From positions 434,001-498,000 of the forward strand of contig CM022672.1 in the NCBI GenBank assembly GCA_012295275.1: a stretch of 64,000 nucleotides of DNA, written 5' to 3'. Origin of the DNA: Chrysomallon squamiferum. Taxonomy: Eukaryota > Animalia > Mollusca. Made by a program: the position numbers and the translations under genes. Under the pieces are notes generated by a model, which did not search any database, was not told the DNA's origin, and worked only from the letters and a program-made list of their open reading frames with translations. This document shows positions 12,081 to 24,696 of the stretch, one piece after another; within the stretch, counting starts at the first letter, position 1, and each line of letters starts with the position of its first letter.

Positions 12081-14144
12081 TTTTTATTTTTTTATATGAT
12101 CAAAGCAAAATAATAAGAAAGAAACAAAACAAAAAAGAAAAAAAAAATTAAAGAAAAGAAATCTCTAAAAACAAAAGTTAAGAGTCTAAAATTGGTGAAT
12201 TTCCAAGTATGTTATTAGTGTATTTGAGATATAGATAATGGACACATCTAATGTCAAAAGATATTTTGAAGACTCAAAGGCAGACAGTGATTAGTTTTAA
12301 TTATTAGCATAAAAAATTAAATTATTTAACTTCTCCAGGAACAATTAATTGAATCTGTCATGTATGGAATAATGTGAAACATTGCTATTTCCAAATGTCT
12401 GAATAAAAGCAATGAGTGAATTTCTAATTTGAAATATGTGAAAAAACAAAACAACTCTTAGCATATTTTTAAACTGTTCTCTCAAATACTGCGTAGTACA
12501 AATCACCAGATCTATATCAGGACTTTTTTATATAACTATTTGACACCAATTTCTTTTTGAAAGAAAACTCTTTATAAATTGTGTTCATACTAAAATCAGT
12601 TATTATCAATCAGTCAAACTTAAATTTTAAAACCAAAGTATTTTTTTTTAAATGTCAAATTGTTTGATCATCATGTAAATATGTTGAGTGCTTCTGTATG
12701 CTGTGATTTCCTCATTGTTTCTCTTGCCACATTTTATAAGCTACCTGTGATTCATGTATTTTGTAAATATGTTTTATTGGTTTTGATATATGTTCATTAT
12801 ATTTTATTTCTTTTTAGATATTTCAATATTATTTTTGTATATAAAAATAAAATATTTTTAAAATGACATAAATTTGACCAGGGACTCAATAATGACTGAT
12901 ACTGTGATGGACTAAAATTGATTGTGTTTAAACATAAAAAATCAGTAAATCTGAAGAGAAAATTAAACTAAAATGAACAAAGAGTAAAATGAATGCAACT
13001 AAAAATAGCATGTGGTTTTTTTTATCACATTTCTCTAGTGAGTTATCTTTTTATGATTTTCATAAATTAATTCACATTAAATCATTGAGTTTATAAAATT
13101 GATAAAATTGCATGTCAAATTTTGATAAATGATAATGGATTAATTCACTCCAGTAGGACTGGTGTTTGTGATCATGGACTATTGTTATGATCATTTTATC
13201 AAGATGAACCCAAAACAAAATAAAATGAACAAATGTAGAAACAACTTGTAAGTTGTTGATGAAAAGAGATTCTCTTCTTTTTCTGCTTAACCCAAAACTG
13301 TAATTATATCTGTAATAAATGTGTGTTTTGTTGAAAGAATGTAAGAAGATTTTCATGTATGCATTATGAAATTATATTTTATGAGAATGTATCATCTTTT
13401 TACATCTTTTTATTGTTTTATTTTACATTATTTTTATTAAAGAAATATTATTTATACATATATAAATATTCTTTTTATTACCATGACAGATATTTCTCTA
13501 GTCCAGACAAATAAAATACTGAAAACATTATTATCAGATATAAAATTGGTTTCTTTTTGTCATACCACTGATAATAATTGTGCCATAAGTATTTTGTAAT
13601 CAGCAATAAAAAATATTATCAACAATAAAAAACAAAAAAAAATATTAATAATAATAAAAGTAAAAAACCCCAAAAGATGAAAAATAATAATTTTAAAAGA
13701 AAATATATTTAAAACAGATTTTGTTTTGATTTTTTTTAAATTCTTTTTTGGTAATTTGTAACAATGGTTTTGGGGTTTTTGTTTATTATTAATTTTTTTT
13801 AATGCTACAGATTTTTCTAAGCAAAGTTATGTTTTGAATTATACACTACAGTGCCATTGTTTGAAACATACATCTATATCAAATTAACATGTTGCAGTGA
13901 TGATTTTCTATATGGAGTGGTTGTGTGCAATTTTACACAGTGTTTGAAATATCTAACATAACTGAATTTTTACTTGTATGTTTGTAACCTGTAGCTTTAA
14001 GAAAAATATTTTGTAACTTCCATTGTTGGCTGAAACCAAATTTCGTTTTAAACACATTTTTGATTAAACATGTATACATACTGTTTTGTTTTATTTAGAT
14101 TCATGTTGTTTTATTTAGATTCCATTTTGTCATCAGTATTAGAT

Positions 14145-14314
14145 ACACTGAGTAACCGACCACTGAGCTACTCAACATACACTAAGCGGACACTATCACT
14201 GAGTAACTGACCAAACACTGAGCTACTCAACATACACTAAGCTGACACTACCACTGAGTAACTGACCAAACACTGAGCTACTCAACATACACTAAGCTGA
14301 CACTACCACTGAGC
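14145..14314. repeat. 55-bp tandem repeat, 3 copies, built from cactgag subunits
   Basis: cactgagtaactgaccaaacactgagctactcaacatacactaagctgacactac repeated about three times. Confidence 0.9.
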
Positions 14315-14652
14315 TGTTCCCCTCTCCTCACAGGTATTAGAGAAAATAAGATAAAATCTGGTCTGTACTGCCACACAACATTTTTAACCATATCCAACAT
14401 TAGTAATTATCTGTTTTGTTCAGTTTACATAAAAAAAACTGCTTCAATATGCTGATTAAATAATGACAACAAGCTGTAGTATGTGTTGTTCTGTGTGAGA
14501 GAAATATTTAGTAAGAATACTAATTTTACACTGGAGATCTGTCACAAATAAATAATGTGGTGTTTTTAACAAGAAATGTAGTAATAAAGTAATAAATAAC
14601 AAAATGTTACACACAAAGTTTTTATTTAAAATAACAGACTATGTTGCTGCTG

Positions 14653-17513
14653 TCAAGATGATGCCATTTCTGTGTAACATGACTGAACTTTGGCAACTTT
14701 TCTGTTTTCTTCCAACAAAGTCTTGGGGCACTGCATTTTACACCAACTGACAGGTACCATGGGAAAACCTGCAAACAAAATTAATTAATAAAAATTTGAA
14801 ATTCAGTTTAAAATGACAAACAGAATAATGTGAAATGTTCAGACTGATTCCAAGAGCTGAAGGAAAGGTTGAAGGAATGACTGCACATTTTATTTCAGTT
14901 TTATTTTATTTTGTAATTAGTGTGGAAACTGTTGTAATACAGGATATACTTTCATTGAGTGAACGTTATTGTGTGTGCTTTCTCACAGGCAAGACACCAC
15001 ATACCACCAAGCTTGAATCATTGACATTACCTAAGTTTAAAAAGTTTGTCATACAACTTACTAAAACTCGGTGATTTAGTGAACAAAACCAGCCTAATTA
15101 TGATCCAAAATGTTCAACATGCACAATCAACATCAACATTTAAATTGATTTGTTAACATAACCATGAAGTTTGTGCCATTTCAAAATTTATATCTTACAT
15201 TTTCTGAATAATTAATTACATTTACAATTTTTAAAATAAAAATTAAAAAATAAATATATACAAAACATAATATTTTTAAAATCATAAATAAAGCAAATAA
15301 TAATTCTTGAGAAAAGAAAACTAACCAGCTTCACTGTGGGCTACGACAACTCCCAGTTCATTTTCTGCTGTACTCAGAAGATATGAGTGTGCGTCTCCTA
15401 ATGACAACTTTTAAACAGTTAAAGTTTTACAACACAACTCTTTAGTTTATGTAACATCTCCTAAACTGTTTATGTAACACAATCAAATATGCTGTATCTT
15501 AATATGACATATTCTTATGTAATGACCTGACCTTTCAATTATTAAACTTTTATATGAATCATATCATATACAACACCACAAATTATAAAAATATCAAATT
15601 TTAAATAAAAATTGTAAATATTATAAAGAGCTAAAATTTAATGTGCATTAAAAAAGATATAAATATAAAAAAGAAATATTTATACTGGTGTTAAATAGTT
15701 TTTTTCATAAAAGGATACAACTCGAGCTATGATAATATCACTAGGCCGAAAACATTTGTACATTTCAACCTGAAACAATAAGAAAGAACACAGTTTTAAA
15801 TATTTAAAAAAAATAATAATCATTCATCAAAAACATTAACAATTAGGTAAATTTAAACTTGAATATTCAGTAAATACAAAATAAATTAATGCTTAGAAAA
15901 CATAACTTGTTTAAGAAATGCACATTTTGTAATCATTATTATTCAATTAAAACAGAATTTACCAGAAAACTAGTGGTCAGTGGAAGAAGGATAATTTTTA
16001 AGGATATTTCATTAAACAATTTCATATAAAACAAACTAAACAAACCTTATCCTTTTCAGTTGCTCTGACATCCTCTTTTCTAAAATATATGTCAACAGTT
16101 GTCATCAATTTAAAAATGTTGAACATACATATAGGTGTTGAAAATTACAAATGAGGTAAATGAATAAATTTTGTTTTTAACAGTGATAATTTTATGAAAA
16201 TGATAATTGTAAGTCTATCAAGTATTTTTTTTTTAAATTGAAGAAAATATGTACTTATATCAAGTTTTTTAAACTAACTGGTCTCCTTGTATGATTAACC
16301 TAAAAAACAGAAAAAATACAGGAAAGCTAAGAAGTAGGCTTTATAATAATAATGAAAAAAATAATAAAAAATACTATTTTACCTGATCATTCCCCGGAAT
16401 GATTCTCTTAGTGGTATTTTTCCAATACTCAAAATAGCACACTTACAGAATCTTGGATTAACGTTTGTTATCTGGAAAATAACATCATTTATATTTTGAA
16501 CAATTTATTTTAAATAAAAAGAAACAAAATGTGTATATGACTACAACTTTCTAGAATGACAATTCTGAAGAGAGAAATGGATGAAATATAAAAAAATATT
16601 TTTAACAAATACAAGGACTTACTCTTCCAGTGACGAGAGCATCAACTGATGGAACCAGGTTGTTTACTGTGACTGTGTACACCTCCAGAGTCCTCTGTCA
16701 AATACAACAAGATTTCATTTCTTTCTTTCATTTTATTTCATTTTTAAAAAAATAATTGAAATACGTTTCACTAAAAGATGAAAATAACAACAAAAAGAAC
16801 ACAAAGAAAAATTGCTAACGTCTAAATCAGCTTAACACTTCAATTATTCTGCTACATGTGAATAACAATAATAGTAATGGGCTAACCAATGTTAAAAAAT
16901 AAACTTACTTTACCATCAAGTTCCCCGGTTTTCAGAAACCCTGTCAAACTTGAATACACAAAACCATTTCTAGTGTATGTTCCATCACCAGGCAACACAT
17001 TTTCTTCAAGACGACATAAACGCTGACCTTTATAAAAATAATTTAAAACTTCAGGTTCTGTCTTGGTGTCTAATTTTGAAAATGGATTCTTAATGCGTTT
17101 TACCTATTTCTGTAACATCATAACATGGACATGGCAATACAAATTAAAAATTATCAAAAGTTAACAACTCAGGTCTAAAATATCGTTTTTCAACTTCTTC
17201 TTTATTTTAAACAAAACAAAACTAAAACAACTCGAACAACACCGTTTTAAAAACATATGTTATATAGAATTTATCCATCATCAATTATTTTTCCGATAAC
17301 AGGTGATGCTGAAAAATAGATAATTAACTGTAGTAATCATTAATATTACATTTTTGATACATGGCAGACTATAGAAACCTTTAAAATAAGTTGTAGGGTT
17401 TAGGAGATATATACAATATTTTACGAGTATAAGTCATTTGTGATATTTTTATCAGTAATGAAAAAGAAAGTTAATTAAGAATTACCAGGAACGCATGGAG
17501 TGGGCGCAGACAT
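14653..17513 (-). CDS. EXOSC1: Exosome complex component CSL4 (8 exons: 17513-17486, 17027-16909, 16694-16623, 16471-16383, 16079-16046, 15769-15719, 15407-15326, 14768-14653; 196 aa)
   Basis: Spliced peptide MSAPTPCVPGQRLCRLEENVLPGDGTYTRNGFVYSSL...FRGMIRKEDVRATEKDKVEMYKCFRPSDIIIARVLSLGDAHSYLLSTAENELGVVVAHSEAGFPMVPVSWCKMQCPKT...RKVAKVQ matches CSL4. All phases are consistent; AATAAA on the minus strand at about 14621-14626. Confidence 0.96.
15408..15718 (-). other. U12-type (minor spliceosome) GT-AG intron in EXOSC1
   Basis: Donor GTATCCTTTT, branch-like ACTTTAAC about 10 nt before the AG, no polypyrimidine tract. Confidence 0.88.
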
Positions 17514-19656
17514 TTTCATTTTGTTTGACGCAGATTCCTTCTTTTATAAAAGGAGTGTGATATTAATGGAACAAACATAATAAATAAATAAATAAATAAA
17601 TAAAGTATTCCGTTCGGTTATTATCGATGTTTTAAAAAAAAATATATATATATATGTATGTATACAGAGACAAATATCTTAGAAATATGAATTAAACTAT
17701 TAAGATACTTCCTCCATTCTGAGGTCTTTAGTGCAAAGCTTTCAAGTACATTAACAGCTGAAAAAAGAGGCAAAATTAAACGCTCAGTATTCCTTTGCTT
17801 TATGTTATATTTTAGAAGTTTACATTATATTTATTTATTTTTACAAAAACAACAAACGAAATCAATACGAACCTTTCTTTTATAGCAGAAAATATGTTAA
17901 TATCATATTATACTGAAAAGAGTATTATTTAAACAATAACTGATGTAAAAGAAGAAGAAAAAATTCAACAATGTTTTATTCTTCTTCAGATATTTTTATA
18001 TCTCCCTATGGCATATTTGGAGCTGAGTAAACATTTTCTCTGTCATACAAACTGTATTTTTACGTAAGTACATAGACTGTAGAGTACTGTGTCTATTGAT
18101 AATCTCAGAATTTAGTTAAATTTGAAATATAAGACATATTTATTTATTTATTTAGTAACCTTGTTCTTGAAAAATATGTCAGACTGTAAAATTCACTTAG
18201 TGTAATAGATTATATTAGATCCAAGATTCCAGTTAATGTAATCAGCTGGTCTTTTCCAAACCATTTTGCCGTTTCCCAAAAGAGAATGCATTTCTTAATG
18301 CATAAAAATATAATCAGATCAAACTAGACGTTAACAGTTTAATTAGTTAATTAATTATTATTATTATTATTATGATTTTTTTTTTGCATGTTAATGATCA
18401 AATATTTACCAGTATGATACACTTTGATAAATAAATGACTCCCATATTTTAATTTTTTACTTATTTTGTGGAACAAAACAGCATTTTATGCCAAATTATG
18501 GTTATTCACTGATAGAACAAAATATTTCTGAAAGATAAATCTGTAATTTAAAATAATATTTACGAAACATAGATTCACTTTATATTATTCCAGAAAAAGA
18601 AAACATAGGTAGACGTTACATCATTTTGCTCAAAGCAGTGATTTAGATTCCAGTGACGTCTGAGAAAACAAACTAACATGACTCCGATAAGTAACTTGGT
18701 AGATGACACAATTCAATCACTTTGAACTTGTTAATTTACCTGATTAAATTTTGGGAGTCCCGTGAATATTATAAAATTTATTTTCTTTTTCGTTGTTCTA
18801 TTGTGTGTGTATGTATGACATTAATGAAAGTTTTAGAAATGTTATGTAGAATATTCCAGATTCTTGATAGTTGAGATAGTTTGATCAATTCTGGTATATA
18901 AATTTTATAAATATAAATTCCAATCTATTGATCTAACCACCTGAATCTGCATTAATATTTTCTTTTAAGTTATCAAGTTTCAGCTGACTATTTTAAAATT
19001 CATAATTGATGACAAAGTAAACTTAAAATTAATAATATATATTAATATAATAATAATAATAACAATTAGATTTATATGAAAAACAAGCATTTATATTATT
19101 TACTTCTCTTAAACACACACACAAATCAAACTTACAAATGAAACAAAAAAGTGAAATGAATCGACACATTTATTAGTTGACAGTGAAGTATGACAAAGTG
19201 AAGAAATGAATCCATGCACATTTCACAACATTTACCAATGTGTGCTTTTCATTACCAGTATTTCTTGTGGAATGCAAACAGTTTAAACAAATCAGGCATC
19301 AAGTCATTTGCTACAGAAGCATAAATAAATCTATTATTTTAATTAATTTTTTATCCCTTTTATTCCCCCCTCAAAAAATATAAAAACTAAACATTTAATA
19401 ATAGTAGTAACAGTAACAAACTCTTAGGTTAATGGATGCTGTTTTTGTTTAAGGCTGCAGTGTTTCTTAAACTCATGACTGAAATTATTTTAAATGAATC
19501 TAGTGGGAAAACTTCATAGTGGTGTTAAAATTTACACGTAACAAATATCTGATGTTTTGTGGTAAACACTCATTTAAATATTTTCACTATAACAGGATAA
19601 AACTAAGATAGAAAAAACATACATTTTAAAAGGTACAGTTCAGCACTGCTGAAATC

Positions 19657-19716
<60 letters not shown>
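19657..19716. repeat. (AAT)n microsatellite in the presumed HTT 3'UTR
   Basis: Direct reading. Confidence 0.9.
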
Positions 19717-19717
<1 letters not shown>

Positions 19718-21374
19718 TATTTAATAAAACAAAAGCAAAATGTCAACAAGTTAAGGAATGTAGTAAACATTATTTTACATGATGTAAAAAAAACAGTGAA
19801 AAGAGGAATCTGTTTACCCTGTGTGTAACTAGACAACTTCATAAACAAATGTATAGTAGTAATCACTTGTTATGTCATCTTTTACTCATTCATTCCATTT
19901 ATTTAAAAAAAAAATTGATTCTTCATTCATCCTTTTGTCATCATTATTTATCCATTAACTTTCATTCTGTTTATTCCTCACTTATTCTTGCACAATGAAC
20001 TGAAATAAGCTAATACATGTATTGCACTTGAGATAATATACTGATTATTGCAAGTAACTTTAACTATGAACTATAGATAAAACAGTGGGTCACATGACTT
20101 ATAATTTAGCCCATGCTGCAAGAATGGTTTGTTGAAGGCTGTGGTTTCTTGCTGCTAAAAAACAATTTACATTTTTATCAAATATCTGTGAAACAGAATC
20201 ATAGATAACTGTGTTGCACCTAATTACAGTGCTAAAATCTCAGGTTTCAGTTCTATTTTTGTTTTCAGTGTCAGTGATGCTCATTGTTTTAAACAAAGCT
20301 GTAGACTACAGGTAGATATTATTTACTGACTAAACATGATTTGTTATGATTTACTGGTTGTAAAGACTGGTTGATGGATGGATGCACCTTCTTCCTGCAA
20401 CAGTTTTTTTCACAACAGTTGACTCTAAGAGTTAATTCAAGAAAATGTCACACATGCATGCATGAATGCAAGCAAATGCACACCCAGAGGTGAAATATAC
20501 AGCAGTGTTATTTTAATACTGTGTATTCACTTTCCCAGACATACAGACTACACAAATAATTTAACTCCAGTGTAATTTTAACTAGTATAACTTATTATTA
20601 CTACAATCAACTAATGACACAATATTACAACAATTATAAATAATTTGTGTAGTGCACTCATCCAGCATACTGTAATGTTATCTTATGCATAAAGCTACTC
20701 AGTCTGTGTAAATAATTACAATTAGAAAATCAATCCTTGTGTAGAGGGCTGGATTCTTACAGTGTATAAGAAGTTAAACATTGTAAATGATCTTTGTTTG
20801 CTTAACAATGAGAATGTTAACTTTAGCTAGTTTTGTTTAAATCCAATCCTCACTCTATGTATAATGTGAAGTTCTCACAACCTCATTACGTAACACTTAA
20901 ACTTCAGTGTTCTGTGGAAAGTGTTGTAATTACACCTTACACCTGTTTCATACTGACTATTGTTTTTTAAGAAAGAAGCTATAGTAACACCTCGCATATA
21001 TTTATCCTTGTATCAAAAACAATGACAAACTGTGACTAACAGGTTTTGATGACAAGTATGAGCTGTGCTTTACACTTTATATTAGTAGTTATCCTTTTGT
21101 GTATTTATCTTTAAACATTGTCACAAACATTGTGTTGTTTGTTTTTTCATTGAGAGATCATAACATACATCACTTTTGTGAAGTTACTCATGTCCGTGCT
21201 ATGTCAGATAGATATACTGCTGTTGAGAAGTTACTGATGTCAGTAGTATATCATCTCTTGTGATGTTATTGACATCAGTGCTGTTGAATATGTCACAAAT
21301 TCAAACTATATTATATACACTATATCAAACATGATAGATACTACAACACAGCTGTTATAAAAACATGACTGCTG

Positions 21375-21561
21375 CTATGTCAGACATGCGATGAGCTCAA
21401 GGTAAGGGGAGTCTGTCTTCGCCACTGACTGGAATGTAGAAACAAACACATGTCTCTGACTGTCATCATCTAGTTGTTTGTGAAAGTCAAGGGCAGATAA
21501 ACAAAACAGTTTTCTGTCCACTACCTCCATCTTACCCATCCTTCCAATCACATGAGGAAAT
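21375..21561 (-). CDS. HTT: HTT last coding exon
   Basis: [26 protein letters not shown]...[11 protein letters not shown]. Confidence 0.93.
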
Positions 21562-24500
21562 CTGCTTAAGTTAAGGAGTTTTCTGCATCATTATTTGATC
21601 TTATTTTCTCTACATTCAGACAAGAAAAAAAAAAAAAATAAAATAGAAATGTATATATATATATATATATATATTTGTAAAATAAAATAAAACATGTAGT
21701 AAAGAAATGATTACTAGTATTAATAACCACACACGTATCCTCATCATTTATAATTACCTCTATCATATAAAAAGCCATACTGAGAACTAGAGAATGCCAG
21801 TAGTTTATAAAGGATACAGAGCTTTGAGCCACTGATTTACAGAAGCACTGATGAAGAAACAGGTGAGACTCCACATTGCCATGGCGACAGGTGAGCGCTG
21901 AGTGAAGTTGGAGAGAGACAACATTACCCAGTCTCGGACCAATGCCTGCTGATTCTGTTGATGTAAGTTGTTGAACACCTAGAAAAAAACAATATTAAAA
22001 CTTGAATACTTAACATTTATCAGTCAGTTGACTTGTCAGTCATTAATTAATTTTCTCTTTTTAAATGACTGAAAACACTTTGAGTTTAAAGAAAACAATT
22101 ACTGAAAGTTATAAACTTATTTAATTCTTGTCTTTAAAACTGTGTAATACAACTAATGACACTGAAAACATAGTCAGGCTGTTTGTTAGTACTGTCAAAA
22201 CAAACTAACAAAATATAATGAAAATCATTATCAAGTAAAAAAAAACTTTATTTAGATATTTTACGACAAGTAGACTTTATTTAAGCAGACTAACCTGAAA
22301 GACGACTTTGGCAATGAGTTGTGGGTACGGCTGCTGACTGGACAGAAACTCACCAATTACTTTATTCATGATGTCCTGAGGTGGAAAGAAATCTGCGAGA
22401 AACGCTGGAAGCAGTCGCGTGATCACTCTCGCTTCATATGGGTATCCCTTTTTAATTCTAGACAAACACAACATCCCTTTTTAATTCGACAAACACAACA
22501 TCCCTTTTTAATTCTAGACAAACACATCCCTTTTTAATATTACAAAAACATTATTTTTTAATTCTAGACAAACACATCCCTTTTTTTAATATTACACAAA
22601 CATTCCTTTTTAATTCTAGACAAACACAATACCCCCTTTTATTATTACACAAATACCCCTTTTTAATTTTAAACAAATACAATATCCCTTCTGAATACTA
22701 AATTTATGAGAAACATCTTTTTTTGTTTGAAAATAAAATCTATTAAGTTAAAATAATCTTTTTAACTTTCACATATGATAAATGACAAGAGTGCACTTTG
22801 TAAAATATAACTAAAACAAAAAAGGAAAACATTACTAGTGAGTATAACACGAACCTGTCAAAGAGAACTGTAACTCGCTCCATGGCTAAAATCAGAGATT
22901 CTGGGTCTTGAACCATCGGCTGGAAACCCACCTCAGTAAAACTAGGTTCACTCATGTCCCTCGGTCTAGGACTGTACTCATCACCCTGTTTACCTACAAT
23001 ATAAACACTTACTCATCATTATGTTTACTTTCAACATAAAGTTACTCATGTTTACAAAGAAATTAAACTAAATTTTTATTATGTAAGAGTAGTATCATAA
23101 ATCTGCTACATGATGCAGACGGTGTGATTTATTGACTGTTTTAACTTTCATGGATTAATGGCTGCTGATAAAATTTTTCTAAATGTGATACTTTATAATT
23201 ATTGTTCAAAACAGGTAAGAAAGATCTAATACTAAACAAGCTTCAAGACATTATAAATGCAATAACAAATATCTAAAACCTATATGTTGAAAAGACACAT
23301 ACACAAAAATAGAATATGACTCATTAATCATGACAAAAGAATATTTGAATTTACACAGTACAAAGATAATATACATATATGTCAAATTCAAACAGGAACT
23401 TGTTACATAAGGAAATGAAATTCATTAACACTGACATGTATGGGACAATGTTAAGGTAAATATACATACCTGAGTACATACAGGTAAAAATTAGACCAAG
23501 AGCTGGCAGAGCTCGCTGTGGACTGGGCAGACAGAGTCTGAAATAGAATAGTTAATCTTTATTTTCTTATTTTATTTTAATATAATGATCGATCAAAAAA
23601 AAAAAAATATTGTATGAAAAAGAATAATAAAAAAAATGAAATAATGTTGAAAGAAAAAGGTTTTATATTATATTAACAATATTTCATCTCCGTTTTCATT
23701 TTTACAATAATATCATCAAGTAATTTATCAAGCTGCCATATCACATCTGTCATTTCATGTTATTTACAGATATTTTCCTTTTAAGTTATCCAAGATAACT
23801 CCTACAAATTCTCACCCCAGAAACTTAAAATAAGCACAAAGAATTGTCAATAATTGTCAGTAAAAAGTCTTGTTTAATTTTGGTATCATTTGAAAAGATG
23901 ATGTAAACTGTTTATAAACCTTTGATAAAAATATATATATATAAAATTAAAATAAAACAACAAATAAATATGAAAATATAAATAAAAAATTAAAATGTTT
24001 TTATGAAACATACAGTAGGTACATATGAAAGTTACCTATCCATGCTCAGTTTGATGATGGTTTCTGTGTCTTTCTGAGAGAGAACGTCAGCAAGCAGTAA
24101 TCTCTCCATCCCTTTCATTATAGCAAGAAACACAGTCACAGAAATACACTCCTCACTTCCTGATGCTGCAGTGACAGCTAACTGTAACATGAATATACAT
24201 TAATGTGATAAATAAATATTTAGTAAACAATTATAATAAACAAATTAGTTGTAAAAGTATCTAAAGAGATTCAACATAAAAAAAACCTTTTATAATTTAA
24301 CATTAATGTGAAAAACAAAAATAGAAATGACAATAATAATTACAACACATTTGTACTTCCATTTAATTATTTTATCTGTTTCTTGTTAAAGTATGTTGTA
24401 TTGGTATTATCACATAGTCTATTCATATTCTATAAATTTTCCATTGATTTGTAACTTGGCTGAATTGTACAAATTATTCTACTAACAAATGGCCAAGTTA

Positions 24501-24631
24501 AATTTAATATATTAATAGCTAATTGTGATTTATTATTCATGTACTTAATTTAATTTTTAATGACAGTAAGAACAACTGCACCAAGATTAATATTTAATAA
24601 AGAAAATAATAATATTTAAAGCTATATTAAA

Positions 24632-24696
<65 letters not shown>

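Noticed and set aside
14835-15074. 79-aa ORF on the + strand
   Set aside because: It lies inside the last EXOSC1 intron on the opposite strand and shows no recognisable homology.
18600-18760. Slightly GC-richer patch with a CRE-like TGACGTC
   Set aside because: No snoRNA box pair with terminal stem and no exon signals that I could support.
19603-19866. Poly-Ile/Leu/Phe ORFs (also 4497, 8672, the tail of 24587, 41588, 52082, 55681)
   Set aside because: They are translations of (AAT)n or poly-T microsatellites.
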